Source: Pseudobdellovibrionaceae bacterium (GTDB lineage Bacteria > Bdellovibrionota > Bdellovibrionia > Bdellovibrionales > Bdellovibrionaceae). Taken from it: a stretch of 64,000 nt of DNA. The stretch's first letter is position 1. Each line of letters starts with the position of its first letter. Below the pieces are notes generated by a model. The model did no database searches. It was not told the DNA's origin and saw only the letters and a list, made by a program, of their open reading frames with translations. Shown here piece after piece: positions 37,004 through 47,072 of the stretch. The position numbers and the translations under genes were made by a program. Where the stretch lies: positions 1-64,000 of the forward strand of contig JBDHWW010000016.1 in NCBI GenBank assembly GCA_039810425.1, given 5' to 3'.

Positions 37004-38353
37004 TCATAGGCCGTGCTGTTTAAGGAAGGGCTCGTAGGTCTTTTTTAGCACGCTTTCCGCTTTTTCAAGCGACACTTCGTCAGGTGAATGAACGCCGTTC
37101 ATGAGTTCTGCAAGAACTTGGTCCTGCAGGCGTCCGGCTTGTTGAACCAAGTGATAGGGAATGAGCGTGTAGGTCACCATGCCGTAGCGGGATTTAAACA
37201 GCGCCGGGAAGTTTTTCTCCAGAAGACCTTCGATCTTTTTACGCAATTGGAATTGCGGATCAGCAACTTTTTCACTCATTTCATACCAGTTTTCAATCGC
37301 CATCTCGGCGATGGCATTGGCGTTGGGGCGTTGGATTTGCTCATACTCCGCCAGCGCTTGGGGCCAACGGCCGCTTGTACGATCTAAGATGGCGAGTAAG
37401 TTCGTACAGTCTTCAAAGCCGGAGTTCATGCCTTGGCCAAAGAAAGGCACGATCGCGTGGGCGGCATCGCCCATCAGTGCCACGGAACCGCCATGGACCC
37501 ACGAAGTGCAACGGACCGTGCCGAGGGCGCCTTGCGGGTTTTTTTCAAAGTCCTCGATGTAGTGAGGCATCCATGCAATGGCATCAGGGAATTCGTTTTT
37601 GAACAAATTCTCGACGTCTTTGGGGCTTTTAGTATTTTCAAAACTCACGGGACGCCGGCTTTTAGGCAGGTACAGAGTCATCGTGAAGCTGCCATCCACA
37701 TTCGCGAGCGCCATCATCATGTGGGAGCCGCGTGGCCAAATATGCAAAGCTTTTTTATCGAGCGCATTCGGGGCCGGCAAGAAGAGCTCTTTGTAATCCG
37801 CGGGCAACCACTCTGTCGTTTCGTTCGTGAGATTTTGCCGCGCCATCTGTTTTCTAACCGCGCTGCCGGCACCATCAGTTCCGAAGAGGACCTCGTAGGA
37901 ATGTTTTTCGGAATTGCCCACGCCGCCGGTGAAGGTCATCGTCTTATTTTTAAAGTCGATATCCTCTAATGAATGCTGGAAGTGAATTTTAGCCCCTCCA
38001 CGCTCCGCTTCGTCGATTAGAAACTGATTTAAAGCGCTCCGGGAAATGGAAAGATTGCGTTCGCTTTCTTTGCCATAGGGTTGATAGACAAGGTCTCCGG
38101 CTTTTGGATGAATCATGCGGCCGTGAACGGGCACCGCGAGTTCCAAGGCCTTTTGCAGAAGGCCCGCTTTGTCGAGGGCGTTCACGCCTCTTGAGGTGAT
38201 CACTAGGTTGATAGAACGGCCGGCTTCCGCGTGGCTTAAGCGCGGGTCGGTGCGTTTTTCAAAAATCGTGACATCGAGGCCCCTTTTTCGCAAGAGCACA
38301 GCCCATAAAGAGCCGACCAACCCCGCGCCGACAATTGTGATTCTATTTGCCAT
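37004..38353 (-). CDS. kmo: Kynurenine 3-monooxygenase
   Basis: GAGLVG, GRSINL, DGAGSAVR, ALHIWPR, GDAAHAIVPFFGQGMNSGFED; start at MANRIT (38353). Confidence 0.93.
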   Translation of the reverse strand: MANRITIVGAGLVGSLWAVLLRKRGLDVTIFEKRTDPRLSHAEAGRSINLVITSRGVNALDKAGLLQKALELAVPVHGRMIHPKAGDLVYQPYGKESERNLSISRSALNQFLIDEAERGGAKIHFQHSLEDIDFKNKTMTFTGGVGNSEKHSYEVLFGTDGAGSAVRKQMARQNLTNETTEWLPADYKELFLPAPNALDKKALHIWPRGSHMMMALANVDGSFTMTLYLPKSRRPVSFENTKSPKDVENLFKNEFPDAIAWMPHYIEDFEKNPQGALGTVRCTSWVHGGSVALMGDAAHAIVPFFGQGMNSGFEDCTNLLAILDRTSGRWPQALAEYEQIQRPNANAIAEMAIENWYEMSEKVADPQFQLRKKIEGLLEKNFPALFKSRYGMVTYTLIPYHLVQQAGRLQDQVLAELMNGVHSPDEVSLEKAESVLKKTYEPFLKQHGL

Positions 38354-39599
38354 GCATGACCTCTTTAAAAGTCTGGACGAGGCGGTAGATATCCTCATGG
38401 TTGTTGTAAAGAGGCGCCGGGGTAGCGCGAATGATATCCGGCTCGCGGAAATCGACGAAGGCACCCCGCTCACGCAATTTTCCGGCCCAAGAACGCGGCG
38501 ATTCTTTGAAGCGTAAGCACAGCATTGATCCACGTTGTGGCAATGGGGGGGTTACGATTTGAACCTGGCCTTCAAGTTCAGTGCGGATTTGATTCTCGAA
38601 ATAGCTGGTGAGCTTGTCACCCTTTTCGCGCAGTCCTTTGATGGTTGCTTTGTCAAAAAGCTCCATGGAGGCGCGAAGGCTCGCTAATTGGAAAATCGGT
38701 GGATTGCTGAGCTGCCAGGCCTCAATGGTTGGAATCGCGTCGAAGTCCGGGCCCATTTTAAAACGTGTGCTCTTGTTTTGCCCCCACCAGCCTTCAAAGC
38801 GTGGCAGAGCATTTGAACCAAGATGCTTTTTATGAACGAAGGCGCCGGCGATGCCGCCAGGTCCTGCGTTGAGATATTTGTAAGAACACCAAACCGCAAA
38901 GTCGACATTCCAATCATGCAATTGCAAGTGCAAGTTGCCCGCGCCGTGGGCAAGATTGAATCCCGCCACCGCGCCGACACGGTGAGCTTTCTCGGTGATT
39001 TTGCTAAACGGAAAGCATTGCCCTGAAAGATAGTTACAGTTGCCGAGCATCACGAGACAAAGTGATTCGCCGAGGTCTTGGATTTTCTGAAGAAGGTCCT
39101 CTTCGCGAAGATGAGCCTCGCCGATGCGTGGTTTAATCTCTACCACCGCTTCACGGGGATCAAAACCGTGGAAACGCGCCTGGGAATCGACCGCGTACTT
39201 GTCTGAGGGGAAAGTATTTGCCTCAATCAGGATTTTGAAACGGGATTGGGTCGGCCGATAGAAGCTCACCATCAAAAGATGCAAGTTGACCGTGAGCGTG
39301 TTCATCGCAACGACTTCTTCGTTTTCAGCGCCGACAAGGCGGGCGAAGCTTGCTGTGATGTTTTCGTGGTAGGGGAGCCAAGGATGATCGCCTTCGAAGT
39401 GCCCTTCAACGCCATACTTGCCCCAGGCTTTCAACTCTTGGTTGACGTAGGCGTCCGCCTTCTTCGGCATCAGACCCAGTGAGTGGCCAGCAAAATACAT
39501 GGGGGGCTGGCCGTTGTGCGTTTCTGGGAAAACAAACTCATCGCGGAAGTTCTTCAGAGGATCGTTTTGGTCGAGCGCGCGGGCATCAGCTAATGACAT
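38343..39599 (-). CDS. kynU: Kynureninase
   Basis: SLGLMP, MNTLTVNLHL, FPSD, WCSYKYLN.GPG, GWWG, SNPP. Confidence 0.96.
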   Translation of the reverse strand: MSLADARALDQNDPLKNFRDEFVFPETHNGQPPMYFAGHSLGLMPKKADAYVNQELKAWGKYGVEGHFEGDHPWLPYHENITASFARLVGAENEEVVAMNTLTVNLHLLMVSFYRPTQSRFKILIEANTFPSDKYAVDSQARFHGFDPREAVVEIKPRIGEAHLREEDLLQKIQDLGESLCLVMLGNCNYLSGQCFPFSKITEKAHRVGAVAGFNLAHGAGNLHLQLHDWNVDFAVWCSYKYLNAGPGGIAGAFVHKKHLGSNALPRFEGWWGQNKSTRFKMGPDFDAIPTIEAWQLSNPPIFQLASLRASMELFDKATIKGLREKGDKLTSYFENQIRTELEGQVQIVTPPLPQRGSMLCLRFKESPRSWAGKLRERGAFVDFREPDIIRATPAPLYNNHEDIYRLVQTFKEVMHGK

Positions 39600-39601
39600 T
39601 T

Positions 39602-40414
39602 TTAAGTTTCCTTCACAGTTACAGAAACGGGTGGCAATGGGTCCACGTTGAGTGAAATCTTCATTCCGGGTTTCAACATCTCCGCGGCGGTGGCGGCGCC
39701 GGCAAGAACGATACTGCCGGCCTTGAGCGTTTGACCGCGCTCCGCAAGTAACCCGCAGAGCTGAATCACGGAGGCGACCGGATCACCTGAGATATCTTTG
39801 GAGATACCGGTTTGCACCGGTTTCCCGTCGACAAGCATCTCCATTTTCAAATGAATGAGATCGATGTTTTTAAAATCCTTCACCCAAGGCCCGACCACGA
39901 AATCGGAAGAAGAAGAGTTGTCGGCAATCACGTCTTCCATCGAGAAGTATTTAAACTCCGTGTAGCGGGAATCCAGGATTTCAAGTGCGCTTGCAACTCC
40001 ACCGCAGGCTGCGAGCACCTGTTCGCGGGCGACGTTTCCAGCGAGGTCTCTATTGATCAAAAAAGCGATTTCGGGCTCTATCTTTGGATGAATGGAGCCT
40101 TCGAGCGGAAACACGCCGCCGTCAGCGATTTGCATCTTGTTCGTGAGAAATCCATAGAGCGGCGAATCCAGGTTCATCTGGCGGCGTTTTGCCTCGGAAG
40201 TCAGTCCCATTTTCCAGCCCACGTGATTTTCTCCACTCTGCAGGCAGGCCTTCATTTGCAGCTCTTGAATGGTGTAAGCTTCTGCACGGGAAAAGGAGGT
40301 GATTTCTTTGCTGATCTGCGGAATGGGTGTGTGATTGAGTCTGGCGACCTGCAGCACGTCGGCCCAATAAATAGTATTTATGTGGTTATCTTTCGTCATT
40401 TTTTCTTTCACCAT
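39602..40414 (-). CDS. FAH-superfamily enzyme, probable 4-oxalocrotonate decarboxylase
   Basis: GWKMGLTSEAKRRQM, PKIEPEIAF, ALEILDSRY, VIADNSSS. Confidence 0.8.
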   Translation of the reverse strand: MVKEKMTKDNHINTIYWADVLQVARLNHTPIPQISKEITSFSRAEAYTIQELQMKACLQSGENHVGWKMGLTSEAKRRQMNLDSPLYGFLTNKMQIADGGVFPLEGSIHPKIEPEIAFLINRDLAGNVAREQVLAACGGVASALEILDSRYTEFKYFSMEDVIADNSSSSDFVVGPWVKDFKNIDLIHLKMEMLVDGKPVQTGISKDISGDPVASVIQLCGLLAERGQTLKAGSIVLAGAATAAEMLKPGMKISLNVDPLPPVSVTVKET

Positions 40415-40475
40415 AAGGGGCCGCCTTGTAGAATAAGTGGCTCAAGGTTATCTCGATGTGAAGAGAGAGGCAAGA

Positions 40476-41114
40476 TTGGAAATTATTGATATCACTCCGG
40501 CGATCAATCCTCGGTTGGCGGTATTCCCGGGGGATACGCCTTTCAGTGAAGAGTTTGTCATGAGCACCGATCAGGGGCAGCATTTGACACTCTCAAAGAT
40601 CACAACGACGGTGCATTTGGGAGCACATACGGATGCCCCCAATCATTACGCACCCCGTTCGCTGGGGATTGCAACCCGTGCGTTGGATTTTTATCTCGGG
40701 AAAGCGCAGGTCCTTGAAGTATTTGCCGCTCCAGGGGCGCGATTGCAGATCGCTGATCTTAAAGGCAAAGCGATTCAGGCACCGCGTGTTTTGTTTAAAA
40801 CCAAATCATTCCCGAACCCTTACCTCTGGAATGGTGATTTTAATTCCCTCTCGGCGGGTTTGGTGAACTACTTGCACGAACAGGGTGTGCGGTTGGTTGG
40901 TATTGACACGCCTTCGATTGACCCTGAGACAGATAAGACGTTGGAAAGCCATCTGGCGGTGCATAGCCATGATATGGCGATTTTAGAAGGCATTGTGCTC
41001 GAAAAGGTTCCTGAAGGAATCTATGAGCTGATTGCATTGCCACTCAAGATTGAGGGCGCGGATGCTTCACCGGTGCGGGCGATCTTAAGAACTTATGCGG
41101 AGACGCGTTCATGA
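40476..41114 (+). CDS. kynB: Kynurenine formamidase (cyclase family)
   Basis: HLGAHTDAP.H, GIDTPSIDP, ILEG, GADASPVRA; start uncertain (TTG 40476 or GTG 40437). Confidence 0.9.
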   Translation: MEIIDITPAINPRLAVFPGDTPFSEEFVMSTDQGQHLTLSKITTTVHLGAHTDAPNHYAPRSLGIATRALDFYLGKAQVLEVFAAPGARLQIADLKGKAIQAPRVLFKTKSFPNPYLWNGDFNSLSAGLVNYLHEQGVRLVGIDTPSIDPETDKTLESHLAVHSHDMAILEGIVLEKVPEGIYELIALPLKIEGADASPVRAILRTYAETRS

Positions 41115-42556
41115 AAAAGATTTTAAATTACATCAATGGCGAGTTGAAAGAACCCAAAAACGGGAAATTCATGGAGAACATGAACCCGGCAACGGGCAAG
41201 GCCTACTCTTTGGTGCCGGATTCGAATGAAGCCGACGTGCTAGAGGCGATTGCTGCGGCAAAGACCGCGTTTCCGGCTTGGTCGCAAACCACGGTGGAAG
41301 ACCGCGTTCGTTTCATGCGCCAGATCGCCGCCAAAATTCAAGAGCGCGGCGCAGAGCTTGTTTTGGCGGAATCGACCGATAGCGGAAAACCTGTGGGAGT
41401 TTCCAGCACAGTGGATATCCCTCGTAGCCAGGCCAATTTCGAATTCTTTGCGGATGCGATGACTCAGTTTCACGGTGAAACTTTCCAGACGGATACGCGG
41501 GCTTTGAATTACGTGACGTACTCTCCGCTCGGCGTGGTCGCGTGCATTTCACCTTGGAATTTGCCGCTGTATTTATTTACTTGGAAAATCGCCCCTGCTT
41601 TAGCGGCGGGGAACACAGTGGTCGCAAAACCTTCGGAGCTCACGCCGATGACGGCCTATTTGCTAAGTGAAATCGCCATGGAGGTCGGTTTGCCCAAAGG
41701 AGTTCTTAATATTATTCATGGCCGGGGTCCTGATGTGGGCGCGCCGATGGTGAATCATCCGGCCATTAAGGCGGTGTCTTTCACCGGCAGTACGGCGACG
41801 GGCAGAAATATCGCTCAGAGCGTCGCTGGAAGCTTTAAGAAGATCTCATTGGAGATGGGTGGCAAAAACGGGAACGTCATTTTTGCCGATTGCGATTTTG
41901 ATAAGGCGGTGGCATCCACCGTGCGCTCCAGTTTTTCGAACCAAGGGCAGATCTGTCTTTGCGGGTCCCGTATCTTTGTCGAGAAATCAATTTATGAAAA
42001 ATTCAAAACCGCTCTTGTTGAAAAGACGAAGCAGCTAAAGCAAGGTGACCCGCTCAAAGCGGAGACCCAGCAAGGAGCGGTGGTTTCTAAAGATCATCAA
42101 GCCAAAGTTCTCTCTTACATCGAACAGGCTCAGCATGAAAACGCCAAGATTCTCTGCGGTGGGAAAAAAGCTGAGATGGGCGGTGAGCTTGCGGCGGGCT
42201 ACTTTATCCAGCCGACGCTGATCGAAGGCTTGTCATACCAATCGAAGGTGAACCAGGAAGAAATCTTTGGTCCCGTGGCAACTTTGACGCCATTTGAAAC
42301 TGAAGAAGAAGTTTTAAAGATGGTGAACTCAACGAAGTACGGTCTTGCCGCCAGTGTGTGGACTCAAGATTTGAAGCGCGGTCACAGAATCGCGCAGGGA
42401 ATTGAAAGTGGCATTGTTTGGGTGAATACCTGGATGCTCCGTGATTTGCGCACCCCCTTTGGTGGTGTGAAGGAATCCGGCGTGGGCCGCGAGGGCGGAA
42501 AGCACGCTCTTGAGTTCATGAGTGAAGTTAAAAATATCTGTATTGGGATGGAGTAA
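41111..42556 (+). CDS. 2-aminomuconate semialdehyde dehydrogenase (ALDH8-like)
   Basis: ISPWNLPLYL.TWKIAPA, NQGQICLCGSR, WMLRDLRTPFGG; cluster context. Confidence 0.88.
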   Translation: MKKILNYINGELKEPKNGKFMENMNPATGKAYSLVPDSNEADVLEAIAAAKTAFPAWSQTTVEDRVRFMRQIAAKIQERGAELVLAESTDSGKPVGVSSTVDIPRSQANFEFFADAMTQFHGETFQTDTRALNYVTYSPLGVVACISPWNLPLYLFTWKIAPALAAGNTVVAKPSELTPMTAYLLSEIAMEVGLPKGVLNIIHGRGPDVGAPMVNHPAIKAVSFTGSTATGRNIAQSVAGSFKKISLEMGGKNGNVIFADCDFDKAVASTVRSSFSNQGQICLCGSRIFVEKSIYEKFKTALVEKTKQLKQGDPLKAETQQGAVVSKDHQAKVLSYIEQAQHENAKILCGGKKAEMGGELAAGYFIQPTLIEGLSYQSKVNQEEIFGPVATLTPFETEEEVLKMVNSTKYGLAASVWTQDLKRGHRIAQGIESGIVWVNTWMLRDLRTPFGGVKESGVGREGGKHALEFMSEVKNICIGME

Positions 42557-42559
42557 ACG

Positions 42560-42991
42560 ATGTCTGAAGCAAAAAACTCAATGAAAGCTCCTGAGCCTGT
42601 CGGGCACTATCCCCATGCCCGCGTTGTCGGGAATTTGTTGTTCTTGTCGGGGGTCGGTCCGCGGGAGCGAGGCACGAAAGTGATTCCCGGGGTGGAGCTC
42701 GATGCGGGGGGCGGCATTGTGTCGTACGATATTGAAAAGCAATGCCATAGTGTGTTTAAAAACGTGCGCGCGATCCTTGAAGATTCAGGCTCCTCTTGGA
42801 CGAATCTTGTGGATGTGACGGTTTATCTGACAAATATGAAAGCCGATTTTCCGACCTACAATCGCCTGTGGGCAGAGTACTTTAAAGAAAACCCTCCCTG
42901 CCGCACGACTTTGGAAATCAATGCCCTGCCGACTCCGATTGCCATTGAACTTAAGTGTGTCGCGGTGATGGACCCGAAGAAAGGTTTTTAG
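42560..42991 (+). CDS. RidA-family 2-aminomuconate deaminase
   Basis: [20 protein letters not shown]....[10 protein letters not shown]; context. Confidence 0.82.
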   Translation: MSEAKNSMKAPEPVGHYPHARVVGNLLFLSGVGPRERGTKVIPGVELDAGGGIVSYDIEKQCHSVFKNVRAILEDSGSSWTNLVDVTVYLTNMKADFPTYNRLWAEYFKENPPCRTTLEINALPTPIAIELKCVAVMDPKKGF

Positions 42992-42993
42992 CC

Positions 42994-43512
42994 ATGCAAA
43001 AACCTTTTAACTTTAAAAAATGGATTGATGAAAATCGCCATTTCCTTAAGCCACCAGTCGGCAACAAGGTGGTCTGGAAAGACCGTGAGTTTATGGTGAT
43101 GGTCGTCGGGGGCCCGAACGAGCGCACCGATTTTCATGTGAACCAAGGTGAAGAGTTTTTCTATCAGCTTGAGGGCAATATGGTTTTGAAAGTGGTCAAC
43201 GACCAGGGAAAGATCGAGGATCTGCCCATCCATGCTGGGGATGTTTTCTTGCTGCCACCAAATACGCCGCATTCGCCGCAGCGTGAAGCCGGTTCGATTG
43301 GACTTGTGATTGAGCGCCGGCGGCGCGACGGTGAAATGGATGGCCTTCAGTGGTACTGCGAAGAGTGCGGTCACAAACTTTACGAAGAATATTTCAAGCT
43401 CACGAACGTTGAAACCAATTTCCCACCGGTGTTTGAACGCTATTACAATAGCGAGCATACAAAGTGTGCTGAATGCGGTCACGTGAACGGCCGAAAGTGG
43501 GCCCATGCTTAA
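42994..43512 (+). CDS. nbaC: 3-hydroxyanthranilate 3,4-dioxygenase
   Basis: LKPPVGN, GGPN.RTDFH, EEFFYQ, PHSPQR, two CxxC. Confidence 0.96.
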   Translation: MQKPFNFKKWIDENRHFLKPPVGNKVVWKDREFMVMVVGGPNERTDFHVNQGEEFFYQLEGNMVLKVVNDQGKIEDLPIHAGDVFLLPPNTPHSPQREAGSIGLVIERRRRDGEMDGLQWYCEECGHKLYEEYFKLTNVETNFPPVFERYYNSEHTKCAECGHVNGRKWAHA

Positions 43513-44527
43513 GATTGATATTCACACCCACATTCTGCCTCCGGAGCTCCCAGACTTTAAAAAAATCTTTGGCTACGGTGGCTTCATTCAGTTGAAGCAA
43601 TGTCCAGGCTGCACCGATGTCGACATGGTCGATGATTCCGGCAAGTTCTTCCGCCGCATTCAGCAGAACTGCATTCAGCCGGAAGCACGCTTAAAGGAAT
43701 ACGATCATCATCACGTGCAAGTGCAGGTGCTGTCGACGATTCCGGTGATGTTTAGTTACGGGATCAAGGCTGAAGATGGCCTGGTGGTTTCAAAGCTCCT
43801 CAATGATCACATTTCAGATGTCGTGAAGAGTCGCCCTCAGCGCTTTGTCGGTCTTGCGACCGTGCCGTTGCAGGATCCCAAGCTGGCAGCGAAAGAAGCG
43901 GAACGTTGTGTTCAAAAACTTGGTTTTAAAGGTTTTCAGATCGGGTCCCATGTGAATGATTGGAATCTTTCAGACCCGGAGCTGTATCCATTCTATGAAG
44001 CCTGCGAAGCCCTCGATGCCCCGCTGTTTGTGCATCCTTGGGATATGCGTGGGCAGGATAAGATGCAAAAGTACTGGCTTCCGTGGCTGGTGGGAATGCC
44101 GATGGAGACGTCGCTGGCGATCAGTTCGATGATCTTCGGCGGGATTTTTCATAGGTTTCCAAAACTCCGCGTGGCGTTTGCTCACGGCGGGGGCTCATTC
44201 CCGTATACTGTCGGCCGTATTCAGCATGGTTTTGATTCACGCCCGGATTTATGTGCCGTCGATAATAAAACCCCGCCGAAGGATTACCTCGGCCACTTTT
44301 ATTTCGACAGCCTCGTGCATGACCCCAAAGCCTTGAAATACCTTGTTGAGCTGGTGGGGGCTGACAAGGTTTGCTTGGGAACGGACTATCCGTTTCCGCT
44401 TGGCGAATTGGTTCCGGGGAAGGTGATTGAAGAAGCTTTCCCAAGTGACAAAGAAACTCAAGAATGGCTCTACTCGAAGTCGGCCCTGAACTGGCTTGGG
44501 ATGAAAAAAGAAGACTTTGGGAAGTAA
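43505..44527 (+). CDS. nbaD: 2-amino-3-carboxymuconate-6-semialdehyde decarboxylase (ACMSD)
   Basis: [33 protein letters not shown]. Confidence 0.95.
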   Translation: MLKIDIHTHILPPELPDFKKIFGYGGFIQLKQCPGCTDVDMVDDSGKFFRRIQQNCIQPEARLKEYDHHHVQVQVLSTIPVMFSYGIKAEDGLVVSKLLNDHISDVVKSRPQRFVGLATVPLQDPKLAAKEAERCVQKLGFKGFQIGSHVNDWNLSDPELYPFYEACEALDAPLFVHPWDMRGQDKMQKYWLPWLVGMPMETSLAISSMIFGGIFHRFPKLRVAFAHGGGSFPYTVGRIQHGFDSRPDLCAVDNKTPPKDYLGHFYFDSLVHDPKALKYLVELVGADKVCLGTDYPFPLGELVPGKVIEEAFPSDKETQEWLYSKSALNWLGMKKEDFGK

Positions 44528-44550
44528 AACCGCAGAACAAAGGACACACC

Positions 44551-45288
44551 ATGGATTTACAATTAAAGGGAAAAAAAGCCCTTGTGATGGGAGCCTCCAC
44601 CGGCATCGGCCGCGCGATCGCGGAAGTGCTGGTTCAAGAAGGTGCAGAAGTGACGATTTGTTCCCGCAGTCTTGATAAGCTGCAGGCAACGGCCAAAGAA
44701 ATCGGTGCTCCGCACGTTTTGACTTGCGACCTGGCGAAAGAAGGCGAAGCAAAAGCGGTGGTTGAAAAGGCCCTTCAGAAAATGGGCGGTGTGGATATCC
44801 TGGTGACCAATACTGGTGGTCCGAACAAGGGCAACTTCGCTGAAATTTCAGACGGACAGTGGTATGACGATTTTCAAGGTCTGTGGATGAGTGTGGTGGA
44901 GTCTCTGAAAGTAGCTCTGCCGAAAATGAAAGCCAACAGCTATGGCCGTGTTTTACTGGTGACATCCCTTGCCGCCAAAGAACCACTCAGTGGCTTGACG
45001 ACGTCAAACGGTTTGCGCGCAGGGCTTGCAGGCTTAAGCAAATCCATTGCGAATGAATATGCACCGTTTGGCATTACTGTGAATCTACTGTTGCCGGGGT
45101 ACACGGCAACAGATCGCTTGAAGGAATTAAAGCTCACTGACGAGCGCATCAAGCAAATGGTTCCGGCAGGCCGCTTGGGGGAACCCCGCGAGTTGGCGGA
45201 TCTGGCAGCGTTTCTCGCATCGCCCCGAGCCGGTTACATCACGGGCCAAAGTATTCTGATCGATGGTGGCGTGACTCGCGGGTTCTAG
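44551..45288 (+). CDS. SDR oxidoreductase (atypical active site)
   Basis: GASTGIG, NTGGP, SNGLR in place of YxxxK. Confidence 0.88.
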   Translation: MDLQLKGKKALVMGASTGIGRAIAEVLVQEGAEVTICSRSLDKLQATAKEIGAPHVLTCDLAKEGEAKAVVEKALQKMGGVDILVTNTGGPNKGNFAEISDGQWYDDFQGLWMSVVESLKVALPKMKANSYGRVLLVTSLAAKEPLSGLTTSNGLRAGLAGLSKSIANEYAPFGITVNLLLPGYTATDRLKELKLTDERIKQMVPAGRLGEPRELADLAAFLASPRAGYITGQSILIDGGVTRGF

Positions 45289-45346
45289 TTACGATCTTAG
45301 GTATGATCGTTGGTCGTGGCGTACCACGTTTTTCACTTAATGAGTA

Positions 45347-46096
45347 CTAATTGCGAGTGTAGTTGCGAAAACTATAAAGGGCAATGCTGGCGGCCACAGT
45401 TGCGTTCAAAGATTCGACGGAGCCCGTGTTGATTTTTAATTTCATCAGGCCTTTCATGTCTTTGACGCCGGAGCCCTCTTCGCCCACTAATAACCGCAAG
45501 TTTTTAGGCCATTTGAAATCTTCTATATCGCTGCCAACCATGTCCAGCGCGTAAATTTCGGTGTAGTTTTCACTTTGTAAGCTTCCACCGCGGGCAAGCG
45601 GCATTTGTAAAACAGCGCCCGCAGAAGATTTCACGACTTTCGGAGAGTAAGGAAAGGCGGCTTCCTCCGTCAGAACTACGCGGCTAGCATGAAACGCCAG
45701 AGCCGAGCGGATCACGGCGCCCAGGTTGCCAGGGTCGCCGAGGGGGCAAACCAGTTCCAAACCTTGGGGTGGGGTTGTGGGATCGTACCCGGGTATCTCG
45801 GGCAGGGTGAGTAGCAATAAATTAAAGTGCGTGCCGACGAAATCGAGTTCCTTGAACAAACCATTTGCTAATTTGAAGGTGGACCGATCCGGAGCGAGGT
45901 TCAGCGGGCGCAGATCCTCATTGAAAATTTCCGCTTTCACTGGAAATTTTTTTTGCAGCTCTTTATTTTCTGAAAATTCACGAATGAGTTTTTCACCCAT
46001 CAAGAAAAACGCGCCGGCTTTGCGAATGCCTTTTGCCGCGTCGAGGTTTTTCCAGTTCTTGAATAACTCATTGGAGGCGGAGGTGATTTCGGTCAT
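45347..46096 (-). CDS. TrmH/SpoU-family RNA methyltransferase
   Basis: DPGNLGAVIRSA, GEEGSG, VESLNA.VA. Confidence 0.88.
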   Translation of the reverse strand: MTEITSASNELFKNWKNLDAAKGIRKAGAFFLMGEKLIREFSENKELQKKFPVKAEIFNEDLRPLNLAPDRSTFKLANGLFKELDFVGTHFNLLLLTLPEIPGYDPTTPPQGLELVCPLGDPGNLGAVIRSALAFHASRVVLTEEAAFPYSPKVVKSSAGAVLQMPLARGGSLQSENYTEIYALDMVGSDIEDFKWPKNLRLLVGEEGSGVKDMKGLMKLKINTGSVESLNATVAASIALYSFRNYTRN

Positions 46097-46965
46097 AGGT
46101 ATTTACTCCAGCGGCGTTTTTCCTCGCCGGACAGCTCATCCATCAAAAGGTCCTCGCCTTCATCTTCCTCAGGCAGTGGGGCGTGCTGGATCTTTTCAAA
46201 AATCACCAGGCGGCGCTGATGAGGCGTGTGTGGCAAATCGTAAGCGATATCTTTATGCAGTTGATAGTACTTGCCGTACTCTTTCAGCGCCATCGGGATT
46301 TCAGGATCAACCCCCGGGCCCTTCATGAAATACACGCGGCCACCGAGTTGCAATGAGCTCAGCACGTTGCCAAGAGTGTTGCGAATATCTTCGACCGCGC
46401 GAGTGATGGCGCCATTCACCGGATAGACGAAGTGTTTGTTGATGTTGCGACCGACGATGTCGAGCTCTTGCAGGCTCATTTCTTGGCGGAGGTGTTTTAA
46501 GAACTCCACGCGGCGTTGAACACCTTCACCCAAAAGAATTTTTTTATCAGGATAACGGATCTTCAGCGGGACCCCCGGAAAGCCCGGTCCCGTGCCGATG
46601 TCGAGCAATGGGAATTTTAAATCCGTGAGCTCAGTGATGATCAGGCAATCGATGTAGTGTTTGATTGCAATGTCGCGCAGCTTGAGCAAGCGGGTGAAGT
46701 TTTCTTTTTCTTGGTTCTCCATGAGCAGGCGGTAGAAGTGGGCGAGCCTCATGCGCTCTTCGTGGCTGACTTGGAAACTGTGATTGCGGAAAATATCAGC
46801 AAGGCGGTCATTGGCCTCGTTGAGCGAGTAAATACTCTCTGGCTTTTTGTGCTTCCCCATTAGCATTCTTGGCGCCTCGGCAAGGATTTTAGAATCCGCA
46901 TTTTTATTGCGAGCTTCCTGTCTGGCCTTATAGGGGCTATAGTTGGATTTATTTTTGTGCGCCAT
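46093..46965 (-). CDS. rsmG: RsmG/GidB-like 16S rRNA m7G methyltransferase with N-terminal extension
   Basis: NFTR, H..D.L, LDIGTGPGFPGVPL, TRAV, MKG. Confidence 0.8.
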   Translation of the reverse strand: MAHKNKSNYSPYKARQEARNKNADSKILAEAPRMLMGKHKKPESIYSLNEANDRLADIFRNHSFQVSHEERMRLAHFYRLLMENQEKENFTRLLKLRDIAIKHYIDCLIITELTDLKFPLLDIGTGPGFPGVPLKIRYPDKKILLGEGVQRRVEFLKHLRQEMSLQELDIVGRNINKHFVYPVNGAITRAVEDIRNTLGNVLSSLQLGGRVYFMKGPGVDPEIPMALKEYGKYYQLHKDIAYDLPHTPHQRRLVIFEKIQHAPLPEEDEGEDLLMDELSGEEKRRWSKYL

Positions 46966-47072
46966 GGCTTGGGAAGTTCGCCTTTTTGCCCGATAAGGTC
47001 AACTAAATTACGCATCACATTATCGACCTAAATCGTTGAAAATACTATAGGGTTCAGAGATAACTGAGTTCT

